A DNA stretch of 64,000 nucleotides from Polyangiales bacterium (GTDB taxonomy: Bacteria > Myxococcota_A > Polyangia > Polyangiales > Polyangiaceae): contig JBBRLQ010000020.1 of NCBI GenBank assembly GCA_038231275.1, forward strand, positions 32,001 through 96,000, given 5' to 3'. A program made the translations under genes and the position numbers. A model generated the notes under the pieces. That model saw nothing but the letters and a program-made list of their open reading frames with translations. It searched no databases and was not told where the DNA came from. Of the stretch, positions 39,114 through 48,217 are shown in pieces. How positions within the stretch are numbered: the first letter of the stretch is position 1; each line of letters begins with the position of its first letter.

Positions 39114-40166
39114 TCAGGGGACGGGCAGCTGGTTCACCGGAAGGGGCGGCTCGTCCTCGCCGCGCACGTGGAGCCGAAGTCGGCCGACCTCGGGCCCGTC
39201 AGTCGTGTCACCCTTGACGCTCTTGTCCGGCTTGTCCGGCTTGTCCGCCTTGTCCGCCTTGTCCGGCGCGTCGACGAGCGCGAGGCGCGCGGAGAGCTCG
39301 AAATCCCCCTTCGCGTCGAGCGGACAGCGCACGGGCAAAGGAACGGTCTGGCTGGTGCCGGGCGCGATCGAGCGCGCGTCGAGCTTCGTGGTGAGCGCAT
39401 CGCGCGCGCACGAGAACGGCGCGCCTTTGGACGTGATCGAGAGGACGACCCGCGCCGCGCCGAGCGCGAGGGGCTGTGCGCCGACGTTGGCGAAAAGGAG
39501 GCTCACGTGGTGGTCGCCGTGCTTCCACGCGCCAGGGGACAGCGCCTTGGTCTCGTTCTCGCCGATGAGGGCGACCTGCAGCGCCGGGCGATTCGGGAAG
39601 GCACGCGGTGCCCACGGCGCCGCGCCAGTCACCTCAAACGTGAAGGTGCCGATCGCATCGTCGTGACCTTCTTCACCCTCGCCGAATCGTGCCGCCACCG
39701 CGACGTCGTAGCGCCCCAGCGCCGGCATCGTGCAATCGATGTCGCGCTCGTAGGCGAAGCTCTGGCCCGGCGCGAGCTCCGGCGGCTCGGTGACCTTCAC
39801 CGCACCACCGACGTGCGGCGCACACACGAACGAGACGCCGTCGCGCCGCGTGTGGAACGACACACGCAGATCGGCGACCTTGGCCGGGCGCTCGCTCGTG
39901 TTGGTCAGCGTCACGCGCACGCGCCGCGCGCCTGGACCACCCGCCCCCTGGAGCCAGGCGGCCGTCGACGGAGCGGCGAGCTCCGCGGAGAGCTCGGGCC
40001 GCGACGCGAGCGCGTTTTTCGCGGACGGCGCTTTCGGCGCTTCCTCGACGACGGGCCGCAGCGGCGCGGCAAGAGGCTCGCGATCGACGGTGCCGCCCCC
40101 GCACCCCGCGACGACGACGGACGCGGCGGCGAGCGCACGCGCGCGAGATTCGGCGAAGTGGATCAC
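39114..40166 (-). CDS. Hypothetical lipoprotein with two Ig-like beta domains
   Basis: Lipobox VAGC; duplicated V.LTN..LAPGQS / L.FAN..IAPGTS units. Confidence 0.6.
   Translation of the reverse strand: MIHFAESRARALAAASVVVAGCGGGTVDREPLAAPLRPVVEEAPKAPSAKNALASRPELSAELAAPSTAAWLQGAGGPGARRVRVTLTNTSERPAKVADLRVSFHTRRDGVSFVCAPHVGGAVKVTEPPELAPGQSFAYERDIDCTMPALGRYDVAVAARFGEGEEGHDDAIGTFTFEVTGAAPWAPRAFPNRPALQVALIGENETKALSPGAWKHGDHHVSLLFANVGAQPLALGAARVVLSITSKGAPFSCARDALTTKLDARSIAPGTSQTVPLPVRCPLDAKGDFELSARLALVDAPDKADKADKPDKPDKSVKGDTTDGPEVGRLRLHVRGEDEPPLPVNQLPVP
39222..39266. repeat. 9-bp tandem repeat, five copies (DKA/DKP peptide)
   Basis: CTTGTCCG(G/C) x5, in frame within the 39114-40166 gene. Confidence 0.85.
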
Positions 40167-40200
40167 GCGCCTACGATACCAGCCATTTCGTCCCTCGCGG

Positions 40201-40875
40201 TCAACCCGCTTCGCTGCCGCGCGCCATCCCCGCCGTCATCATCACGCGGAACGCCCGCATCACGTTCGCGACGTGCTGCTCGAGTTGCAGGGCTGCGCCG
40301 GGCTGCTTCATCTGGAGGGGGCCGTCGAGGAGCAAGCTCGCGAGGCCGTGCGACATCGCCCAGCACATCGAGATGAGCGCCTGCTCCTTGCCCTCCCACC
40401 CCTTCCCCTTGCCGACGTACTTCTGTACGACGCCGACGAGCTCCGCGAAGGCCTCCTCGGCCCGGCAGTGCGCCTCCGGGAATTTTTCCATCTCGACGAG
40501 CTCGCGTCGGAACATGATCCGGAAGTGCGCCGGGAAGGCGAGCGCGAACGCGACGTACGCGTTGCCGCAGCGCTCCAGCTGCTCGCCCACGTCCGCGGCG
40601 GGCGGCGTCTGCGCGGCGCGCATGCGCGTCTGGAGCTCGCGAAATCCCTCTTCGCAGATCGCCGCGAGGATCGCCGCGCGGTCTTCGAAGTGGTGGTAGG
40701 GCGCTTGATGGCTGACGCCGGCGCGGCGCGCGACCTCGCGCATGCTGAGCGATCCGAGCCCTTGCTCGTCGATCAGCGCGACGCTCGCGCGGAGGATGCG
40801 CGCGCGCAGATCCTGTTCATCGGCCGGAGGTCTCTCCGCGGAGCGGGCCGCGGTCGCACGAAGGTTGCGAGCCAT
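40201..40875 (-). CDS. TetR-family regulator
   Basis: LSMREVARRAGVSHQAPYHHF HTH; WAMSHG C-terminal motif; divergent from the RND operon. Confidence 0.93.
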   Translation of the reverse strand: MARNLRATAARSAERPPADEQDLRARILRASVALIDEQGLGSLSMREVARRAGVSHQAPYHHFEDRAAILAAICEEGFRELQTRMRAAQTPPAADVGEQLERCGNAYVAFALAFPAHFRIMFRRELVEMEKFPEAHCRAEEAFAELVGVVQKYVGKGKGWEGKEQALISMCWAMSHGLASLLLDGPLQMKQPGAALQLEQHVANVMRAFRVMMTAGMARGSEAG

Positions 40876-40900
40876 TCTTCATGGCACTGTGGCCCTCCGA

Positions 40901-40974
40901 CTTGACACCGTCAAGGCCACACCGTAGACACTGTCAATGGACACTGTCACGTGACGCCGTCACCTGACACCGTC
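40901..40974. promoter_or_regulatory. Array of palindromic TetR operator-like sites
   Basis: CTTGAC-ACC-GTCAAG at 40901-40915, plus GAC-N3-GTC cores at 40927, 40940, 40953 and 40966 (13-bp period). Confidence 0.75.
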
Positions 40975-40995
40975 CGGTGACCGGTTGGAGGAGCG

Positions 40996-42072
40996 ATGCC
41001 CACCTTTATCTCGAAATCATTCGTGTTGTTCGGGGCCGCGGCGCTGGCGTCCGTGGCGATCGCGGGCTGCGGGAAGGCGATTCCAGACGCGGCCGCAGAG
41101 CCCGCGCAGAAGGCGACGCGGATCGATGCGCGTCCGGTGCCGGTGTCGCTCGCCACCGTGCAGCGAGGGCCCATCGACCGGCCGCTCCACGCCGGCGGAA
41201 TTCTGAAGCAGAAGAGCGAGCTCGACCTCGCCTTCACCGTCGGCGGCGTCCTCTCGGGCCTCTTCGTCGACGAAGGTGCGCGTGTTCACCGCGGGCAGGT
41301 GCTCGCGCAGCTGGACGCGACCGAGGTCGGGGCGGCGACGGCGCAGGCGCGCGAGGCGGTGGCCAAGGCCGATCGCGATCTGTCGCGTGTGAGGAGCCTG
41401 CACGGGACAGGCGCGCTGCCGCTCGTCGATCTCCAGAACGCAGAGACCGGCGCCGCCGTCGCGCGCGCGCAGCTCGCCGCGGCCGACTTCGCGCAACGCC
41501 ACGCCGTCATCGTCGCGCCAGACGACGGGCTGATCGATCAACGGATGGCCGAGAAGGGCGAGGTCCTCTCGCCCGGTCGCGCCGTCTTCCGGATGAGCGG
41601 CCGCTCGAAAGGCGCGGTGGTCCGTGTGGCGCTCACCGACAGAGACGCGCTCGGTCTCGTCGTCGGACAGCCCGCGGAGGTCCAGCTCGACGCGGCGCCC
41701 GACGCGCTCCTGGCGGCAAAGATCTCGACGCTCGCGACCGTCGCGTCGCCGGCGACCGGAACGTTCGACGTCGAAGTGAAGCTCGACACGGCGCCGGAGC
41801 GTCTTCTGTCCGGGATGACTGCGAAGGTCACGATCCCGAGAACGCAGACCCCACACGCCACGGTGCCGCTCGCGAGCCTCGTTCGCGCGGACGGCAAGTC
41901 CGCGTTCGTATACGTCGTCGACTCGGGTCATGCGAGGCGCGCTCCCGTCGAGCTCGCGTTCATGATCGGAGATCGCGCGGCCCTGTCGGCGGGCCTCGAC
42001 GGGGTCGATCACGTCGTGGGCGCGGGAGCCGCGCTCCTCGAAGACGGCTCCTCGGTCGAGGTTCGACCCTGA
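40996..42072 (+). CDS. RND efflux periplasmic adaptor (MFP) lipoprotein
   Basis: GGAGGA RBS; lipobox IAGC; VDEGARVHRGQVLAQLD and IVAPDDG lipoyl halves; TGTFDVEV. Confidence 0.93.
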   Translation: MPTFISKSFVLFGAAALASVAIAGCGKAIPDAAAEPAQKATRIDARPVPVSLATVQRGPIDRPLHAGGILKQKSELDLAFTVGGVLSGLFVDEGARVHRGQVLAQLDATEVGAATAQAREAVAKADRDLSRVRSLHGTGALPLVDLQNAETGAAVARAQLAAADFAQRHAVIVAPDDGLIDQRMAEKGEVLSPGRAVFRMSGRSKGAVVRVALTDRDALGLVVGQPAEVQLDAAPDALLAAKISTLATVASPATGTFDVEVKLDTAPERLLSGMTAKVTIPRTQTPHATVPLASLVRADGKSAFVYVVDSGHARRAPVELAFMIGDRAALSAGLDGVDHVVGAGAALLEDGSSVEVRP

Positions 42073-42114
42073 GCATTCCCCGGTAAAACGGCTCGAAACG
42101 CAAACGGAGAAGGC

Positions 42115-45100
42115 ATGTCGATATCGGAGTTCGCCGTCCGCCGGTGGCAGTTCACGCTCGTCGTCTTCGTGGCGCTCATCGCGCTCGGGGTGCAGGCGCT
42201 CGTCACCATTCCGAAGGCCGAAGATCCCACCTTCCCCTTCGCGAACTTCGTCGTCGTCGCGGTCCTCCCCGGCGCGACGCCCGAGGACCTCGAGCGCCTC
42301 GTCGTCGATCCGATCGAGACGAAGCTAAAGGCGCTCGACGACGTGAAGAAGCTGACCAGCGAGATGCAAGACGGCCTCGCGGTCCTCCAGCTCGAGTTTC
42401 GCGCGGGGGTCGATCCGGATCGCAAGCGCGACGAGGTCCTTCGCGAGACGACGGCGCTGCGGCCCACGCTCCCGGCGGAGCTCGTGCGCCTCGACGTGAA
42501 GCAGTTCAATGCGGCCAAGGTGAACATCCGGGAGGTCGCGCTGGTCGCGAAGGACGTGCCGTTCGAAACGCTCGAGCGGCTCTCGCGCGCGTTGAAGCGC
42601 CGCCTCGAGGGAGTGCCGGGGGCCGGCGACGTCGAGGTCGCGGGGCTTCCTCACCAAGAGGTGCAGGTCGCGCTCGATCTCGAACGCATGCGCGCGCTCG
42701 GCGTTTCGCCCAACGAGGTACTCAACGCGATCGGGGCCGATGGCGCCAACGTGCCCGCGGGCAACGTCGAGGCCGGCGCGCGGCGCTTCAGCGTGAAGAC
42801 CGGGGGCGATTACCGTTCGGTGGCCGAGGTCCGCGCCACGCTCCTCCGCGCGCCCGGGAATTCGCAGCTCATGGTGGCCGACGTCGCGACCGTGGAGCTC
42901 CGCGACGCCGAGGCGGTGCAGCTCGCGCGCTTCGACGGGCAGCGCGCGGTGCTCCTCGCCGTCGCGCAGCGCGACAACCAAAACGTGTTCGACGTCATGC
43001 GCCTCATCGAGGCCGAGCTCGACGCCTTCGAGAAGACCTTGCCGCCCAACGTGCACCTCGCGCGCGGCTTCGACCAATCGAAGAACGTCGGGCATCGCCT
43101 CGGCGGATTCTCGCGCGACATGCTCCTCGCGATCGGGCTGGTCCTGATCACGCTCCTCCCCCTGGGCGGGCGCGCGGCGGCGGTGGTGATGGTATCGATC
43201 CCGCTGTCGCTCTCGCTGGGTCTCTTCCTCTTGAAGGCGACCGGGTTCTCGATCAACCAGCTGTCGATCGTCGGCTTCGTCATCGCGCTGGGGCTCCTCG
43301 TCGACGACTCGGTGGTCGTCGTCGAGAACGTGACGCGGCACCTGCGCGAGGGTCTGTCTCCGACCGACGCGTCGATCAAGGCGACCAAGCAAATCATGGT
43401 GTCGGTCCTCGGGTGCACCGCGACGCTCATCTTCGCGTTCTTGCCGCTCCTCGCCCTCCCCGGCACCGCAGGCCTCTTCATCCGCAGCATGCCGGTCGCG
43501 GTCGTCTTCACGATCGGCGCGTCGCTCCTCGTGTCGCTGACGATCGTGCCGTTCCTCTCGAGCCTGCTCCTCAAGAGCGGCGGCGAGCACGGCAACGTCT
43601 TTTACCGCGGGATGATGTGGGTCGTGGAAGGCTCGTACCGCCGCGTCCTCGAGCGCGCGATCGTGCGGCCCAAGACCACCGTGCTCTTCGCCGCGCTCCT
43701 CTTCGCGGGCGCGCTCGCGCTGGTCCCGAAGATCGGCTTCAGCCTGTTTCCCAAGGCGGGCACTCCCCAGTTCCTCGTGACCGTCGAGGCGCCCGAGGGC
43801 GCGAGCCTCCTCGAGGCCGACCGCGGGGCGCGCTTCGTCGAGGAGGTGCTGCGCAAGCACGCGGCGGTGAAGAACGTCGCCGTCAGCGTCGGCAAGGGGC
43901 ACCCACAGATTTATTACAACGTGGTCCCCGCCAACGAGAAGGCAAACATCGCCGACGTCTTCGCGGAGACGACGCTGCCCACGCAGGTCGAGCGTGAGCA
44001 GCTCTTCGAGGGATCCGTGCGGAGCTCGCCGGGTATGCGGGCGCGCGGCTCGAGCTGAAAGAGTTCGAGAATGGTCCGCCGCTCGAGGCACCGATCGCGA
44101 TCCGCCTCCTCGGCGACGACGAGTCCGCGCTCGAGGCGGCGGCGTTGCGCGTCGAGGCGATCGTGAAGGACGTGCCGGGGACGCGCGACGTGCGAAACCC
44201 AAGCCGCGATCGGAGGAGCGATCTGCGAGTGAAGGTGGATCGCGAGCGCGCGGCGGTCCTGGGCGTCGCCGATCCCGACATCGATCGCGCAGTGCGAATG
44301 GCGGTCGGCGGCGTGGTCGCAGCCAAGTACCGGCGCGCCGAGGCCGACGAGGCCGACGACGTGCGCGTGACGTTGCCGCGCGCCCTCGCCGGCGGCCCCG
44401 AGGGCGGCGCGCGCCCCGGTCTCGAAGTGCTCGAAGGCCTGATCGTCCCCACCGCCAAGGGCGCGCCCGTCCTGCTCGCGCAGATCGCCGAGCTCACGTT
44501 CGAGCCGTCGCCGACGCGCCTCCGTCACTACGGAAAGGAGCGCAGCGTCACCGTGACGTCGCAGGTCGCGCCGGGATTCAACACCGACAAGCTCACGCAG
44601 GCCGTCGTCGCGAAGGTCGCGCTCGAGAAGCTACCCGCGGGCGTGCGTTTCACGCCGGGCGGCGAGCTCGAGAATCGGCAGGAGAGCTTCGGCGGCCTCG
44701 GCACCGCGATCATGGTCGCGATCTTCGGCGTCATCGCGATCCTCGTCCTCGAGTTTCGTACGTTCAAGGGAACGCTGATCGTCGCGTCGGTCATCCCCCT
44801 CGGCGTCATCGGCGGCCTCGGCGCGCTCTTCTTGAGCGGCAACACGCTGTCGTTCACCGCGACGGTCGGCTTCGTCGCGCTCATGGGCATCGAGGTGAAA
44901 AATTCGATCCTGCTCGTCGACTTCACGAACCACCTGCGCGAAGAGGGCGTCCCGCTCGACGAGGCGATCCGGCGCGCGGGCGAGACGCGCTTCGTGCCCA
45001 TCCTCCTCACGACGCTCACCGCCATCGGCGGCCTCCTTCCGCTGGTCCTCGAGCACTCGCCCCTCTATTCGCCGCTGGCGCTCGTGATTCTCGGCGGCCT

Positions 45101-45257
45101 CGTGAGTTCCACCCTCCTCGCGCGCATCGTCACGCCGGTGCTCTACAAGCTGCTCCCGCCGGGGATCGAAACGAAAGCTTCGAAGGACGCGCGCGGAAAG
45201 GTATGGTCCCGGCATCCAAGGGCTGGGGGAATTCGGAGACGATTGGAAAATGCGTAA
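42115..45257 (+). pseudogene. RND efflux permease (AcrB/CusA family), split by a frameshift near 44010-44013
   Basis: GLLVDDSVVVVEN in the N-terminal part; KNSILLVDF and RFVPILLT in the C-terminal part. The reading continues ..EQLFE / IRAELAGYAGARLELKEFENGPP after a one-base shift in GAGGGATC. Confidence 0.85.
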
Positions 45258-46833
45258 AATCTCGCTCGCTTCGGTCATCAGTGCGGTCAGTGCGGTCGTC
45301 CTCCTCGCCCCCGGGATCGCCGGAGCCCAGCCCGGCCCGGCCCCCGCGCAGCCTGCGCGACCGGGTCAGCTCACGCCGCCGTCCGCCGCGGCCGCGGCAC
45401 CCCCGACCGCCGGGGTAACCGGCGCGACCACGGCGCCCGAAGCTACGCCGGTCGATCTGATGCACATCGAAGCCTCGGGGCTCACCGCCGATCAGGTCGG
45501 CGCGCGCGCCGCCGTGACGAGCTTCCAGGCGAAGGCACAAGAGGCGACGCTGAAAGGTGCCGCCGAGCGCATCGACCAGGCGTGGGCGAGCTTCTTGCCG
45601 CGGCTGGCGGTGCTCGGGCGTTACACGCGCCTCAGCGACTTCACGCCGCCCCCGTTCTTCACGAGCTCGCCCCTTGCGTCCGTCTCCACCACGGCTCCGG
45701 GATCGCCGACCGGGACGCCGATCCAACCGGGCTCCACCCTTCTCGCCGTGACGGCGCCGACCCTGTCGATCCCGCTCGTTCTGAACCAGTGGCTCCTCCA
45801 GGGCACAATCACGGTTCCCATCACCGACTATTTCCTGCGCATCAACCAAAACTTCACCGCGACGACCCATCAGCGCGACGCCATTCGCCTCGACGCGATC
45901 GCCGCGCGGACCAGATCTGCGGCCGACGGAAAAGTTGCATTCTACACGTGGCTGCGCGCGCGCGGCGCGGCGGTCGTGGCGGCGCAGGCGCTGAACGACC
46001 AGAAAACGCACCTCACCGACGCGAAGAACCAGTTCGCGGTGGGCAACGCGTCGCGCGCGGACGTGCTGCGCGCGGAGACGGCGGTCGCGGCCGCGGAGCT
46101 CCAGGTCGAGCGTTCGAACAACCTCTCCGATCTCTCGGAGAAGCAGGTGCGGCAGGCGATGCATTTGCCGGAGGCGCAGACGATCGCTCCGGGGGAGAGC
46201 CTCGACAACGCACCGCCGCCCGTCATCCAGGGCAACCTCGTCGCGCTCACGCAGGAGGCCCTGGCCTCGCGCGTCGAGGTGAAGAGCATCGACTTCAACG
46301 CCGCCGCCGCGCGCGAGCAGGCCAAGGTCGCCAACGCGGGCAAATATCCTACCGTCAGCGCCTTCGGCGACGCGATCCTCGCGAACCCCAACCCGCGCCG
46401 CTTCCCCGCGACGAACGAGTGGTTCCCGACCTGGGACGTCGGCGTTCAGGCCACCTGGTCGCCGAACGACTTCATCGTCGCCGGGTCCGCGGTCACCGAC
46501 GCCGAGTCGCGCGCGTCCGCCGCAGAGGCCAACAAGCAGATCATCCGCGACGGGATCGAGATCGAGGTGATGCAGTCGTGGCAGGCGATCCGCGAGCAAG
46601 AGGTCGCGCTCGAGTCGACGAAGCGTCAGCTCGCGAGCGCCACCGAGGCGTACCGCGTCGCGCGTGAGCTGTTCAACAACGGCCGCGCCACCAGCACCAC
46701 GCTCACCGACGCCGAGACCGAGCTCACGCGCGCGCGCCTCGACGCGCTCAACGCCACGGTCGACGCACGCATCGCCCGCGTCCGCCTCGAGCACGCGCTC
46801 GGTCGCGACCAGAAGCTCGCCGCGCAGCCGTAG
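45250..46833 (+). CDS. TolC-family outer membrane efflux protein
   Basis: Signal peptide; two OEP repeats (ASFLPRL, GKYPTVS, FNNGRATSTTLTDAE). Confidence 0.9.
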   Translation: MRKISLASVISAVSAVVLLAPGIAGAQPGPAPAQPARPGQLTPPSAAAAAPPTAGVTGATTAPEATPVDLMHIEASGLTADQVGARAAVTSFQAKAQEATLKGAAERIDQAWASFLPRLAVLGRYTRLSDFTPPPFFTSSPLASVSTTAPGSPTGTPIQPGSTLLAVTAPTLSIPLVLNQWLLQGTITVPITDYFLRINQNFTATTHQRDAIRLDAIAARTRSAADGKVAFYTWLRARGAAVVAAQALNDQKTHLTDAKNQFAVGNASRADVLRAETAVAAAELQVERSNNLSDLSEKQVRQAMHLPEAQTIAPGESLDNAPPPVIQGNLVALTQEALASRVEVKSIDFNAAAAREQAKVANAGKYPTVSAFGDAILANPNPRRFPATNEWFPTWDVGVQATWSPNDFIVAGSAVTDAESRASAAEANKQIIRDGIEIEVMQSWQAIREQEVALESTKRQLASATEAYRVARELFNNGRATSTTLTDAETELTRARLDALNATVDARIARVRLEHALGRDQKLAAQP

Positions 46834-46839
46834 AGGCCT

Positions 46840-47961
46840 TCACTTCATCGTCGGACACGTCGCGTCACGACGGAACTCGTGCCCGATGTGCGCGAGCGCG
46901 GCCGTGTGCAGGATATGGACGGAGTGCTGGAGAAAATCCAGGTTGGTGCGCGGCGACGTCCCCCACCCGGGCGGGAAGTTGCGCGTGAGCGGATCGTATT
47001 TGCCGGTCGCCGGATCCTGCTTGCCGGCAAAGAGCATCGTGATGTCGTCCACGGCCAGAGCGGGCTCGCCGTCATCCATGATCACCGTATTGGGGCTCGG
47101 CGCGAGGAACATCGTGAGGAGACCAAACTCGCCGACGCTGCCGACGAGGTTGTTCTGCGTCGCGATGTGGACGAGGTCCTGGAGGAGCTGCGTGATCTGG
47201 CTCGAGCTGGAGCTGCCGCCTTCGAGCACGTCCTTCGTGGCGGAGAAGCCGTGGTCGGTGAAGTCGACGAGATCTCTGCCGAGGAGGCTCACGAGCGTCC
47301 AACCGTCGACGACGGCGTTGGGATCGCACGCGACGTTCTGCGCGACGAATTTTCCGAGCTCCGAGCGACGCACGACGAGCGCGCCGTTGGCGGCGACCTC
47401 CGCGTGACCGCCGGAGCCCTTCTCGAGGATGAGGCGATCGAGGTTCGACGCGTCGAGGCGGCCGGAATTTTTGGCGTGCGGGTTGCCCATCAAGATGAAG
47501 CTGTGCGCCGCGTGCGCGCCTTGCGTGGTCGGAAAGTCGAGGCTGAACATCCCGTCGGGCGCCTCCGTTCCGTCCGGCGCCTTGTGGTGGTTGCCGCGCG
47601 CGACGACGCGAAAGCCGAGGCTCAGATCTCCGCCGCCGGTGTCGCCGACGGCGCCGATGCTGCCGTCCCCGACGATGCGCGCGAACGGCGACTGCTTCGT
47701 CCCGAACGTGAGGAGCTTCTTCAGCGCGAGCGCCGTCCCCACGAAAGGACACGTCGTCTTCTTCGAGACCATCTCCCTCCGCTCGTCGTCGTTCAACGTG
47801 AGCGGCGTCCGCGCGGCGGCGTTCGAGATCGCCTCGGTCCCCTGCTCCGCGCTCCCGTCGGCGGCGGAGCAACCGACCATCGCGGCTGCGCCCATGGAAG
47901 AGGAAAGAGCGAGGAGCGCAGGGAGGAGCACACGGAAGCATTTCTTGGTGGAGGGGATCAT
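46840..47961 (-). CDS. Lipoprotein, possibly heme-thiolate peroxidase/peroxygenase-like
   Basis: Lipobox MVGC; TCPFVG, AHAAHS, GEFGLL and FPPGW motifs. Confidence 0.55.
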   Translation of the reverse strand: MIPSTKKCFRVLLPALLALSSSMGAAAMVGCSAADGSAEQGTEAISNAAARTPLTLNDDERREMVSKKTTCPFVGTALALKKLLTFGTKQSPFARIVGDGSIGAVGDTGGGDLSLGFRVVARGNHHKAPDGTEAPDGMFSLDFPTTQGAHAAHSFILMGNPHAKNSGRLDASNLDRLILEKGSGGHAEVAANGALVVRRSELGKFVAQNVACDPNAVVDGWTLVSLLGRDLVDFTDHGFSATKDVLEGGSSSSSQITQLLQDLVHIATQNNLVGSVGEFGLLTMFLAPSPNTVIMDDGEPALAVDDITMLFAGKQDPATGKYDPLTRNFPPGWGTSPRTNLDFLQHSVHILHTAALAHIGHEFRRDATCPTMK

Positions 47962-48022
47962 GACGACCTCGGCTCGATTTCGTGGAAGGACGGGCCGCCC
48001 GACGTGGCCCGGCTCCCATGTT

Positions 48023-48038
48023 TGCAAGTGAGATACCG
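48023..48038 (-). promoter_or_regulatory. Possible sigma54 promoter with an upstream AT-rich tract
   Basis: CGGTATCTCACTTGCA (GG-N10-GC); very AT-rich 48064-48098 lies upstream. Confidence 0.45.
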
Positions 48039-48217
48039 TTTCGTATGTAGAGCGTGTGCGCGATTCTATATGATTGTTATTACTTTATATTTAACAACCC
48101 TAGCGTAACCGCCTGCCGCTCCCAACACCCCCCGATTGGGGAAACAAGATCCACCTACATGGTCCTACGCCGCCTCACCTTTCGGTGCGGGACTGCGTTG
48201 GTATGCTCGCGGTCGAG

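Noticed and set aside
40901..40974. Possible mini-CRISPR
   Set aside because: The units are 13 bp with no spacers and there are no cas genes; an operator array explains them better.
48060..48110. Possible dif site (TGTTAAAT on the minus strand)
   Set aside because: Only part of a XerD arm matches and there is no XerC arm at the right spacing; it is more likely an AT-rich divergent promoter region.
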